DNA of 54,777 nt, taken from IMG/VR virus record IMGVR_UViG_3300031688_000022, positions 1 to 54,777 of that record; one strand, given 5' to 3'. Positions within the stretch are counted from its first letter, which is position 1. Each line of letters begins with the position of its first letter. Source of the DNA: a virus (Duplodnaviria; Caudoviricetes). The notes under the pieces are model-generated. The model made no database searches, was not told the DNA's origin, and saw only the letters and a list, made by a program, of their open reading frames with translations. This document shows positions 8,849 through 17,458 of this stretch, piece by piece. The position numbers and the translations under genes are program-made.

Positions 8849-9134
8849 GGTGTTTTTTCACGATTGCTCGGGTCTTCACTTCTTTAGTAGTCTTTCTATG
8901 ATATCGTTCACCCATAGGTGAATCGGGATTAGCTGCACCGATACGACTGAACACTTCGTTCATTCCACTATCGGGTTTTACACGATCACCCACTCCACCG
9001 ACATCGCCAGGGGCAGTGAATATTCGTTGTTCAATATGAGGGTTCTCTTTTAAGAAGTCATCTTTACCACTGAAGGAAAGAAACTTTTCTAGACGTTCAC
9101 CAGTGGTGGTGTTTTCAAATTCGTAAATTGGCAT
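8829..9134 (-). CDS. FmdB-like putative regulatory protein
   Basis: MPIYEFENTTTGE..FLKENPHIEQ N-terminus; TAATG coupling at 9134. Confidence 0.65.
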   Translation of the reverse strand: MPIYEFENTTTGERLEKFLSFSGKDDFLKENPHIEQRIFTAPGDVGGVGDRVKPDSGMNEVFSRIGAANPDSPMGERYHRKTTKEVKTRAIVKKHLDLQGK

Positions 9135-9673
9135 TATGCAACTTCCATAAAATAGGGGATAGGTCTTGCCGTCCATTTGGCAATATCTTTCTTATACTTA
9201 GCATAGTATTTATGGTATGCATCAACAGCCGAAATTGATTTGACATCATCTGGCATTGCCTGTGGTGGATATCTCCATGCACATAAATCTATATTGTTTG
9301 GTAGGATGTTCAGACAGTCCCTTAGTTTTGAATCAGTAAGGTGTACCTTCCCATACCTTAGTGTGTACTCGTCACATAACGATGTAAACAAGTCATAAGT
9401 GTATTGATAGTGTACTGCATTTTCTCGTACCCAAATTGCACTGGGGTGATTGACATGTCCTGCTTTGTAAACTACACTCTCCATCTCTGCAGTGGGTAGT
9501 CTCCATCTTTGAATTCTACGACCACTGGAAGAATCTATGTAGTGTTTCCCATCTAACATTCTATGTGCTGTAGACATAAGTTGTGCATACTCTATAATCA
9601 TCTTGACTACATGTTTGTCACAATGCATCTCTGCACAAATGGTTGGGTCTTCATCTAGGTAAAATATATTCAT
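9134..9673 (-). CDS. Pyrimidine dimer DNA glycosylase-like (DenV superfamily) protein
   Basis: MNIFYLDEDP..HCDKHVVKMIIEYAQLMSTAH, HVNHPSAIW, PQAMPD. Confidence 0.75.
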   Translation of the reverse strand: MNIFYLDEDPTICAEMHCDKHVVKMIIEYAQLMSTAHRMLDGKHYIDSSSGRRIQRWRLPTAEMESVVYKAGHVNHPSAIWVRENAVHYQYTYDLFTSLCDEYTLRYGKVHLTDSKLRDCLNILPNNIDLCAWRYPPQAMPDDVKSISAVDAYHKYYAKYKKDIAKWTARPIPYFMEVA

Positions 9674-9897
9674 AGTTTCTTTGCGAACTCTAGTTCTTGT
9701 TTCCAGTTAGTTTTGTTAGTCTCGTAACATGGACTATCTTGTTGGCATACGATGAGTCTTCCACCATCCATATCCAATCTAATACTATCCGTAGTAAATG
9801 TACCACCATGTCTGTCATGTACAATACAATCTATTATACCATTTTTATCTTCTTTGTGCAAGTGATTAACTAGGAACAGTAATTCTTCTTTTTTCAT
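9670..9897 (-). CDS. Hypothetical protein
   Basis: Start at MKKEELL (9897), coupled to neighbours. Confidence 0.6.
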   Translation of the reverse strand: MKKEELLFLVNHLHKEDKNGIIDCIVHDRHGGTFTTDSIRLDMDGGRLIVCQQDSPCYETNKTNWKQELEFAKKL

Positions 9898-9898
9898 G

Positions 9899-11299
9899 TT
9901 ATGCCAAAAGCTCCTTATATAATTTATCGTGTATTTCACAATCGTCTGAAAAGTCACAAGTACAAGTTGGACAATGTTTCTCTTCAACATCAAACATTGG
10001 GGGTACGAAGAGTTCTTCAAACTCTTCCATTGCAGCTCTCCACATTGGAGTATCTTGAATAAAGAAATGCATTCTGTTCATTTCTTTATTGAAGTCTACC
10101 TTTGATAAATCACCACCGTAATCTCTATAAAACTCTTCTAGAGTCATTCCACAAAAGGGTCTCAGTAATCTACCAAATACTTGTAATGCATTTTCTGTAA
10201 TTGCACTTCCATCACCTCTTGTTCTATCTGATTCTTTTAATATACATAATGTTTTTGCAGTGACAACATTCACACCCATTGCAAACTTATCAACACATAA
10301 AAGATACTTCAATGGGTCGTTAATATCATTTAATTTTTCTAAAATCTCATCATCATCTGAAACATAGACATTACCTTCATAGTCATAAATTTTTATTTCT
10401 TCATGAGTTGATATGGCAACATCTCCATATTGAATGAGTGATTTCACCGTTGGTAAAACCTCTTGGGGTACATAAGCATATCCCACTGAATTTGATTTCT
10501 TCTTTTGTTCACACACTATTAGGCAAACATTTTTCATCCCTGTATATTCTTCTTGTCTTTCTGAATGTTTTATTGTATCCTCAATCTGTTCTATTTTGTT
10601 TTTATAGAATGTTCTGTTTCCCATCCATGCAGACCTAGCAGAAAGTTCTGCTGGAAATATCTTTGCATCATTATTTGCAAGTTGGTACTTTAACTCACCA
10701 GTGATATCTAATAGACCTCGAACTTCCCAGTTAGGTGTTGCTGTCATAGCAAATAGATAAGGTGAGTAGGGTGCAAGTTCTTCTAGTCTTGTATACATTC
10801 TTGCAAGGAACTTAGTTGCATCATGTCCCAAATTCTCTCTGTAGTTTACTAGTGAGGAAGTTGACCAAGTGTGAAATTCATCATTAAAGATTGCAAACTT
10901 ACCCCTCTCTTGTAGTAGTTTTGAAAGTTCTGCCCCCTTTTTCTCAACAAAGAACCCTTGATTTGTAGTATAGAGAATAGTTCGTTTTCCCTTCGTAATT
11001 CTTCGGATTGCTTCTTTAACATTAGTTGTCACTACAACTCCTTTGATCTCTGAACCAATATCATTCAGAAGTTCTGTGTTATCTGTCACAATATCTGTCT
11101 TGGGTGCAGTGATAACTACAAAATCGATCAGGCCTGAGTCGAATGCATGAGGAACCCAGCTGGTAATCAAATTATATGTTTTACCAAATCCCATTGGTGC
11201 AACAAATATCTTTACCAAATTATCTGTTTTTTTAAGACCATCAAATGTCATCTTAAAGGAATTGTTATACCTAGTTACTAGTTCTGTATGGCTAATCAT
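9899..11299 (-). CDS. Superfamily 2 DExH helicase-like protein (type III restriction Res-like)
   Basis: Walker A APMGFGKT, DEFH, MTATP, DKFAMGVNV, QVFGRLLR. Confidence 0.75.
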   Translation of the reverse strand: MISHTELVTRYNNSFKMTFDGLKKTDNLVKIFVAPMGFGKTYNLITSWVPHAFDSGLIDFVVITAPKTDIVTDNTELLNDIGSEIKGVVVTTNVKEAIRRITKGKRTILYTTNQGFFVEKKGAELSKLLQERGKFAIFNDEFHTWSTSSLVNYRENLGHDATKFLARMYTRLEELAPYSPYLFAMTATPNWEVRGLLDITGELKYQLANNDAKIFPAELSARSAWMGNRTFYKNKIEQIEDTIKHSERQEEYTGMKNVCLIVCEQKKKSNSVGYAYVPQEVLPTVKSLIQYGDVAISTHEEIKIYDYEGNVYVSDDDEILEKLNDINDPLKYLLCVDKFAMGVNVVTAKTLCILKESDRTRGDGSAITENALQVFGRLLRPFCGMTLEEFYRDYGGDLSKVDFNKEMNRMHFFIQDTPMWRAAMEEFEELFVPPMFDVEEKHCPTCTCDFSDDCEIHDKLYKELLA

Positions 11300-11311
11300 A
11301 ATGTATTTCTT

Positions 11312-11812
11312 CTATTTGTAAAAAATGTGTTGGTCAATCGTGACCACATAGGTTAGTGAGTCTGACCAGTATGGGTCAACACTCGTTGAGTGATAGTGAC
11401 TTGCACCTTCAGTGAGTCCACTGTATTCACCCGATAAAACTTGTCTTGCAATACTCATAGATAACATCCATGTTGCTGAGTCGGTTGGAAGATCGGACTT
11501 GCCGTCACAGTACCAGCTGAACTGACACATGTTACGGACAGGAACTAAATTCCCTTTCCAATTTATTCTCATATGTTTTGATTGATACACTACATCACAC
11601 ACTGTGCTTGGAAACGATGGGTGTTCTACCCTGTTTACTACAACTTCTGCAACTGCAATCTTCCCTGCAAGGGGTTGATTGGCACTCTCAAAATAGATGT
11701 TCTGTGCAAGACAAAAGGTGTCTCCGTTCTCATCGGATGCTTGAAGTGGTGCTGAGAATGTTCCGACTAGGAACCCTAGTAATGCACCACCTATAAACCA
11801 AAGGTATCTCAT
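11312..11812 (-). CDS. SleB-like cell wall hydrolase (Hydrolase_2)
   Basis: CLAQNIYFES, AVAEVVVNRV, CQFSWYCDG, GASHYH, IDQHIFYK; N-terminal signal/TM. Confidence 0.9.
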   Translation of the reverse strand: MRYLWFIGGALLGFLVGTFSAPLQASDENGDTFCLAQNIYFESANQPLAGKIAVAEVVVNRVEHPSFPSTVCDVVYQSKHMRINWKGNLVPVRNMCQFSWYCDGKSDLPTDSATWMLSMSIARQVLSGEYSGLTEGASHYHSTSVDPYWSDSLTYVVTIDQHIFYK

Positions 11813-11814
11813 CT

Positions 11815-12015
11815 TCACGATTTGTTCTCCACGTATTTTGTCCATGCAGTGAACACTGTCATTGCCTGTTCCTTATTGAAACCGAATGAGTCTTGCAACC
11901 ACTTAGGGGCTCCAAACATATTCATCTTACCACTCTCTTGAAGTGCATCCAATTCGGGGAACCACTCTGCTGGTTCAAAGGGGATTTGGTTTTGATTTAG
12001 ACTATCTGAAATCAT
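11815..12015 (-). CDS. Hypothetical protein
   Basis: LDALQESGKMNMFGAP motif seen in small phage proteins. Confidence 0.65.
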   Translation of the reverse strand: MISDSLNQNQIPFEPAEWFPELDALQESGKMNMFGAPKWLQDSFGFNKEQAMTVFTAWTKYVENKS

Positions 12016-12016
12016 C

Positions 12017-12193
12017 TTAGTACCCCGAGGTCATATCTGAGTAAGTTAACTCAAGACCCTTCTTTGGTTCATCGGGTGCCATGTCTTGTGCATTGGTCGT
12101 ACCATACTCACATAGATTCATGACATCGTCTGCCGTTAATTTCCCATCCGTATTTTCTGCAATTAATTTTGCAGTTTCATATGTAATTTTCAT
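12017..12193 (-). CDS. Small hypothetical protein (58 aa, not in track)
   Basis: MKITYETAKLIAE...; GAGGAG SD; fills gap between coupled ORFs. Confidence 0.6.
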   Translation of the reverse strand: MKITYETAKLIAENTDGKLTADDVMNLCEYGTTNAQDMAPDEPKKGLELTYSDMTSGY

Positions 12194-12444
12194 AATTCTT
12201 GTATCTCCTCTAAGATTTTTTCTACCTTTTCTTCCGTAAGATATCCAATGACATCTTGTGTGATGGGGGTGCGGTAGGTAATATCACCCGATTCATCTGT
12301 TACAGCAAGTTCCCATAAACCTTCTTTGTTCCCATAGGAACCATCGTGTTTAATGACACTAGCACCGTAACCGTTTTTAAATTTGTAGTTGAGATGGATA
12401 CCACCATTGTAGTTGTTCTTCTCAACTGGTTTTATATTAATCAT
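12190..12444 (-). CDS. Hypothetical phage protein
   Basis: YKFKNGYGASVIKHDGSYG..GLWELAV motif; start at 12444. Confidence 0.7.
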   Translation of the reverse strand: MINIKPVEKNNYNGGIHLNYKFKNGYGASVIKHDGSYGNKEGLWELAVTDESGDITYRTPITQDVIGYLTEEKVEKILEEIQEL

Positions 12445-12815
12445 GAGTTGTAATTCTCCACTGGGGTAATGTTCCCTTCGACTATTAAGTCCACGATGTC
12501 TTGTGAGTTGTAAGATGTTCCACCAACATGCCACTGACACTCGTTCATTGGGATGTGTCCATCCTTCCAATTGTAGATTGTCACGGTCTCGTAATTGTAA
12601 TCGAGCTCGTCCTCGTAACCATCCTCGTAATATTTGGTATCCAGTACCCACTCGCAGTTCACCTTTGCATAAGGGTCTGCATCTGTGTAAGTTGGTTTAC
12701 CCAACAGTTCCAACAACTTGTCATAAGTCGTTGTGAGATATCCCTTAAGGGAAGTCCCACCAGTAGTCATGTCCATAGACACGACCTCATATTCTTTAAT
12801 TTTTTCAGCTATCAT
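12441..12815 (-). CDS. Hypothetical phage protein
   Basis: TSLKGY..YDKLLELLGKP, KVNCEW, TIYNWK, WHVGG. Confidence 0.7.
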   Translation of the reverse strand: MIAEKIKEYEVVSMDMTTGGTSLKGYLTTTYDKLLELLGKPTYTDADPYAKVNCEWVLDTKYYEDGYEDELDYNYETVTIYNWKDGHIPMNECQWHVGGTSYNSQDIVDLIVEGNITPVENYNS

Positions 12816-12816
12816 T

Positions 12817-13338
12817 TTAAGCCACCTCACTTTCTTTTAATTTGTCGAACCACAAACCGAGTGCTTTCTCACCCACGATTTTGGTTCCGTCTACCATGAC
12901 GAACTCGACATGATACTTTGAAATATCTCTAGACTCTAACTTGTAAGTCCACACTGCAACCTTACTGAGAATCTCATCCCTCATATATCCGTACTCACCA
13001 TTGTCGGTGACTTTTTTAGAAGTCCACAAACCATCGTGGTTCTTCTCAAGAATATAAGGGGTCTCCCACTCTTCGATATGTGAGCTAACGTCATTCTCGT
13101 CAATCAGTTCCCAATCAAGGATGTATTCCATCGCTGCCTCATTCTCATACGAATGAATAATTGCAGTCTCAGCTATGAGAGCCTCAAGGTACTCCGTATT
13201 GATAAAATCAATATCTGTGATAAGATATGATGAACCACCTTTAAACTTCCAGTAGGATTCAGACACACCGTGGACATAGTCCTCATTATGCGCTGCATAG
13301 TTTTCTTTATATTGGGTTTGGATTAGTAGGTTTAACAT
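12817..13338 (-). CDS. Hypothetical early protein
   Basis: TQYKENYAAH..YWKFKGGS motif; directly downstream of an early promoter. Confidence 0.7.
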   Translation of the reverse strand: MLNLLIQTQYKENYAAHNEDYVHGVSESYWKFKGGSSYLITDIDFINTEYLEALIAETAIIHSYENEAAMEYILDWELIDENDVSSHIEEWETPYILEKNHDGLWTSKKVTDNGEYGYMRDEILSKVAVWTYKLESRDISKYHVEFVMVDGTKIVGEKALGLWFDKLKESEVA

Positions 13339-13373
13339 ATTTTATTTCTCTCTTGGTTTCTCATTATATACAT

Positions 13374-13403
13374 AGTATAACATAAAGTGGAAGTCATTGT
13401 CAA
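13374..13403 (-). promoter_or_regulatory. Early sigma70-type promoter (18-bp spacer class)
   Basis: TTGACA-N18-TATACT followed by ATGTATATAATGA. Confidence 0.8.
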
Positions 13404-13408
13404 CCCCT

Positions 13409-13621
13409 CTACCATGTTATATCCACCATGCCTCTTGCTATATCAGCAACATCGTAGTGGTCTAGGTAATCGGGACACAATGAACTTGATTTGTCCATTA
13501 TCACCCTGTCTAAAACTGTATCGTTATATACATCGCCATCAGATAAATTGTTATTAAACCTGATATCCTCATTAACTTCATCGGCTATTGCCTGTGCTAA
13601 TTCTTCGTATGTCATTTTCAT
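13409..13621 (-). CDS. Hypothetical protein
   Basis: 70 aa ORF, ATGA overlap with upstream gene. Confidence 0.6.
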   Translation of the reverse strand: MKMTYEELAQAIADEVNEDIRFNNNLSDGDVYNDTVLDRVIMDKSSSLCPDYLDHYDVADIARGMVDITW

Positions 13622-14019
13622 ATTAAGTAACTAGGGCCGTGTTGACACTGATCTGAAACTGGGTAACCCTTGAAGAGATTTCCTCTTGGGACATTTAATG
13701 CAGGAGTGTTCCATCCCGCAGCCATTAGAATATCACCTTCTTTGAACGTAACATTTTTGACCTCGTTAGTCATCTTCCTAGCTTTAACAAATTCGTTAAG
13801 ATTTACAAAACCCCAAACGGATTGTTGTCCACCTCTTGAATCACCATGAACTGATATGACTTTGATATATTTCTTACCCACTTTATAAGTGTAGTAATCA
13901 TTCACAGCATGTTTGTATTTGTCACGAATCTGTTGTGTAAGACCGTCACATAAGGTCTGAACCAACTCTAGAAGCTGTTGCTCTGAGTTAATTTCTTCGA
14001 CTAGTTCTGATAATTTCAT
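13618..14019 (-). CDS. Hypothetical early protein
   Basis: VGKKYIKV, SVWGFV, GDILMAAGWNTPALNVPRGN; GAGG SD before ATG 14019. Confidence 0.7.
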   Translation of the reverse strand: MKLSELVEEINSEQQLLELVQTLCDGLTQQIRDKYKHAVNDYYTYKVGKKYIKVISVHGDSRGGQQSVWGFVNLNEFVKARKMTNEVKNVTFKEGDILMAAGWNTPALNVPRGNLFKGYPVSDQCQHGPSYLI

Positions 14020-14052
14020 ATTTGTTTCCTCTTGATTTTTCATTATATACAT

Positions 14053-14082
14053 AGTATAACAAAAAGTGAGGGTCACTGTCAA
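14053..14082 (-). promoter_or_regulatory. Early sigma70-type promoter (18-bp spacer class)
   Basis: TTGACAGTGACCCTCACTTTTTGTTATACT. Confidence 0.8.
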
Positions 14083-14087
14083 GTCTT

Positions 14088-14255
14088 TTAGGAAGTATTT
14101 TTCGTGAAACAGTCCATGACTTGCTGGAGTTTATACCAGTTTCCATTAAATATCTGAGTACATTCTTCGGATTCTATCCAGTACCTAGTGTATCCATCTG
14201 GCGATTTTCCTTTAAACAATACCTTTCCGTCTAACACTTGTAACACTTCACGCAT
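14088..14255 (-). CDS. Small hypothetical protein
   Basis: MREVLQVLDGK..., overlaps stop of upstream ORF. Confidence 0.5.
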   Translation of the reverse strand: MREVLQVLDGKVLFKGKSPDGYTRYWIESEECTQIFNGNWYKLQQVMDCFTKNTS

Positions 14256-14508
14256 CTTGATTATCCAAATAGAATGTAACTGCCTTCTTTTCAATGGACG
14301 ATAGTTGTTTGAGTGACTTAAAGTTACTCCACACCATCCCGAAAGTTGTCATCTTGTTTCCTGCTGTAACAGCTGCGTTCCACAGTTCGTAGGACTCGTC
14401 ATCGTTCCCTGCAAACAGTTCGTTGTTTTCACACTTGGTTATAAGGTCTTGTCCAATGCGAACGATTCGCATCACGGATTCCGATTCTTTGTAATATTCT
14501 CCAATCAT
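14248..14508 (-). CDS. Hypothetical early protein
   Basis: AAGGA SD, MIGEYY start, promoter immediately upstream. Confidence 0.65.
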   Translation of the reverse strand: MIGEYYKESESVMRIVRIGQDLITKCENNELFAGNDDESYELWNAAVTAGNKMTTFGMVWSNFKSLKQLSSIEKKAVTFYLDNQDA

Positions 14509-14538
14509 TGTATTTTCCTTTATTTGATTTGAATGTAT

Positions 14539-14568
14539 ATTATACAAAAAAGGTGGGGTCATCGTCAA
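14539..14568 (-). promoter_or_regulatory. Early sigma70-type promoter (18-bp spacer class)
   Basis: TTGACG-N18-TATAAT. Confidence 0.75.
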
Positions 14569-14585
14569 CCCCTTTTTGGAAAAGA

Positions 14586-14831
14586 TTAAAGGTTCTTTTG
14601 AATGTTGTCCAGTTCTAGAATTTTCTCTTGAAGTATCTTAGTTCTGTTAGGCCAGTAGATATACTCCTTGTCGGAATCTTTCATAAGATTCTCTAGGAGA
14701 GGTCTGATAAAGTTGTCCATGTTATTGATCACTTCCGTTGCAGAAGCAGTCTTGGCAACTATAGTTGTGTCAACGGATGCAAGTTCGTCTGCATCCATCG
14801 CGGTAAATCCGAAGTCGTTGTAATTACTCAT
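14586..14831 (-). CDS. Conserved T4-like hypothetical protein
   Basis: DFGFTA..., IRPLLENLMKDSDKEYIYWPNR. Confidence 0.75.
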   Translation of the reverse strand: MSNYNDFGFTAMDADELASVDTTIVAKTASATEVINNMDNFIRPLLENLMKDSDKEYIYWPNRTKILQEKILELDNIQKNL

Positions 14832-14835
14832 ACTC

Positions 14836-15441
14836 TTATTTATGGTATCCTAAATTCTCGAAATCATTAGGGAATGCATCTTGGACAAATTCCTTTGAAT
14901 GATTATTTTTATACTGGGGGAATCCTGTAATGTCAATTGATTCGTATGCGTCTTGCTGTGTCCACTGTGACTCTCTCATGTCTATCTCTAAACCTTCGAT
15001 CTCAAATACAGTACCAGTGACATCTTCCAGTTTGATCTGTACAAGATTATCCAGTCTCATGTTATGGTGAGTCATGTGTTCCCATTGACTAGAAAACAAT
15101 CCTTCTCCGTAATCAACACCAAAGAAATTCCTTGGCCCGAACTTAGAAAGGACAATAGGAACGAATCCCATTTGTGATTCAAACCTTTCATAAGGATGTC
15201 TAGTTATACAGTAGATGGGTAAGTGTCCCCATTGACTCCACAGTACTGGTTGAGTGTTAATGATATGAGAGGGTGTTGTGTGTGTTGACTCATTGACTAG
15301 TGTATGGATTCCAACGTGTTTATGTTTTCGTATCTCAGATACCAACTTCGTTCCAGCACACTTGGGAGGGTGAGCAATAAAAAAAAGATATACTGGTTTC
15401 CCTTCCTGTTGAGATTTCTCTACATCAATAACACCGTACAT
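14836..15441 (-). CDS. Sulfotransferase-like protein
   Basis: PAPS-binding-like HPPKCAGT and RHPYERFES motifs; DFENLGY C-terminus. Confidence 0.65.
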   Translation of the reverse strand: MYGVIDVEKSQQEGKPVYLFFIAHPPKCAGTKLVSEIRKHKHVGIHTLVNESTHTTPSHIINTQPVLWSQWGHLPIYCITRHPYERFESQMGFVPIVLSKFGPRNFFGVDYGEGLFSSQWEHMTHHNMRLDNLVQIKLEDVTGTVFEIEGLEIDMRESQWTQQDAYESIDITGFPQYKNNHSKEFVQDAFPNDFENLGYHK

Positions 15442-16070
15442 TATTTTCTCTTAGATCGTATATCCAAAATTGCAGCGAGAACTTTTGCTTCTCTATATGC
15501 CTCTTTATCATTCTGAACAGATTGATAGTTAGCAGAATGTTGAAAAGTCATCTCAGGAACGTCTACATGTTTAGACCCTGTTAAGTGTCGATATATCCAA
15601 GAGGACACTTCGTTATGAGAGATTGATGGTAGGTCTACATGGTCTAACAGTCCTAGATTCAACGTACTGATTCGACATAGTTTATCTGAGTTGTAATTAA
15701 GGTTATTAGATAGATGATTTAATGCAGCCTTCTGTGCAGCGTACATATATCCCTTTGAAATGTTTGGTTGGGATGCACGAGAAGAAATGTTGATAATTGT
15801 TTTACTGTTATCATCTTTCCATGCTAAGTATCCTGCCATTAACATATCACATTGTGCAAACCCTTGATGAGCACAATTTATAAATGCATCGTATTGACTC
15901 CAATCAAATGCGTCGAAGGTCGTACTGACATTCTTGTTATAGAAGCCAGGCAAGATATCTTCGACACGAACATGTCCCACGATGTTTATCTGTCCAGCTG
16001 TCGGAGTTGATGCAATCACATCTCCGATACATTTTGCTAATCCACTACTTCCTGTTATTGCTACTTTCAT
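15441..16070 (-). CDS. Short-chain dehydrogenase/reductase
   Basis: KVAITGSSGL, FINCA, IINISS, catalytic YxxxK (YAAQK). Confidence 0.85.
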   Translation of the reverse strand: MKVAITGSSGLAKCIGDVIASTPTAGQINIVGHVRVEDILPGFYNKNVSTTFDAFDWSQYDAFINCAHQGFAQCDMLMAGYLAWKDDNSKTIINISSRASQPNISKGYMYAAQKAALNHLSNNLNYNSDKLCRISTLNLGLLDHVDLPSISHNEVSSWIYRHLTGSKHVDVPEMTFQHSANYQSVQNDKEAYREAKVLAAILDIRSKRK

Positions 16071-16986
16071 AATATTCCTTAACGATATCAAATGATTGTT
16101 TACCAAATAGACTTCCGTCTACACTACACTTATTACAAGGTGACATACTTCGGTCACCCTTCATTAGTTTCTTTCTGATCTTGTTCATCGGTTTACTGAA
16201 CCACACATCATGTAATGACATGGTAAGTAAATTTCCGACAACATGTTCTCTACCCCAATCGTTTGAACAGAATAGAACGTCTCCGTTCCAGTCAACAAAC
16301 ATTTTATAGAATGGGTAGTGACATACTTTACCTTGTAAGTTTTCTATGGTGTCGTCTTCTATCCCGACCCAGTCCATCACTCCACTACGATTATTTAGTA
16401 TGAGTCCATGGTTCTCTACTTCACCCCAATGCATTCTGTATTTGTAATTTGACTGAGGAACATCTCTCATGATAACATCGAAGTGATCAGCTTGCTCAAT
16501 ACCATCGTACAAATTAATGTACAACATGTCTAGTCCACTGAACTCGAATAACATATTTGCATATTCATATGTTAACTTATCACCATTAGTGTTACACTCT
16601 AGTGTTGCATGTGGAACTTCTCGTCTAAGGACACCAACGATTTCTTGGAATCTTGGGTTGAGTAAATTCTCTCCGTATCCACTTAACGATATCTTACCTT
16701 GGAACCCATTCTTGTGAAGTTCCTTTCCAATGATCTCAGCACCCTTGGGGGTCATGTGTAGATTTCTATTGGGAAAGACTTCAGGGTTTGCACGAGGACA
16801 GAATGAACATGTCCTGTTACACAACTCTGTAGTGTTCATCTCCACTGTAAGGATAGAACTTAACTCGGTATACTCCATCGGGTGCTTGTTAAATTGGAGA
16901 CCACTCCAATGCTTCTTCTCTTGTTCTCTTCTGTGTTCAAGGAAGTCGTGTTGGTCAACTGCAGTTATTGGGATGTTACGAGACAT
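16045..16986 (-). CDS. Radical SAM protein with SPASM/twitch domain
   Basis: CNRTCSFC triad, GYGENLL, NTNG, C-terminal CHYPF..CSND..GNL..CNKC. Confidence 0.92.
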   Translation of the reverse strand: MSRNIPITAVDQHDFLEHRREQEKKHWSGLQFNKHPMEYTELSSILTVEMNTTELCNRTCSFCPRANPEVFPNRNLHMTPKGAEIIGKELHKNGFQGKISLSGYGENLLNPRFQEIVGVLRREVPHATLECNTNGDKLTYEYANMLFEFSGLDMLYINLYDGIEQADHFDVIMRDVPQSNYKYRMHWGEVENHGLILNNRSGVMDWVGIEDDTIENLQGKVCHYPFYKMFVDWNGDVLFCSNDWGREHVVGNLLTMSLHDVWFSKPMNKIRKKLMKGDRSMSPCNKCSVDGSLFGKQSFDIVKEYYESSNNRK

Positions 16987-17458
16987 GAGTTACCACTAAG
17001 TGTCTCTCGTAGTCTTCAGTTTGATCATGGAAGGTATACACTATTTCATCACCAGCTTTAAAATTATCGGCTAAGTCTTTCGGTATGCAACAGAAAGAAC
17101 CACCATCGTTAGGGGTTATCAGTTTACTCCTAGGGAAACCGTGAGGTTTATATAGGAATGATTTGAGTCGAATACTTTGAAGTGGGTCTTCGTTTAAAGA
17201 TAGTGCAGAGATCAAAAGACTTTTGCCTTTTCTAACTACGTGTATTGGTTGTTCATCGAAAAGGGTTCCTAGACGGAACCCATAATCGACTGGTATATCA
17301 AACCTCAACACATCTTCTGTGATCGGTCTTAACTCTATATCGTACTGAGGTGCGACTTCGTAAATATTAAGTTCTCTTACTACAGAGTTCTTAGAAGTAT
17401 CCGCCGTCTCTTGTATCCGTATCACCATCAGTTTTTGCCTCGTCACTTTCGACTGCAC
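16976..17458 (-). CDS. Hypothetical protein (start uncertain)
   Basis: ORF fills the gap between the long acidic protein and the radical SAM gene. Confidence 0.55.
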   Translation of the reverse strand: MQSKVTRQKLMVIRIQETADTSKNSVVRELNIYEVAPQYDIELRPITEDVLRFDIPVDYGFRLGTLFDEQPIHVVRKGKSLLISALSLNEDPLQSIRLKSFLYKPHGFPRSKLITPNDGGSFCCIPKDLADNFKAGDEIVYTFHDQTEDYERHLVVTHVS

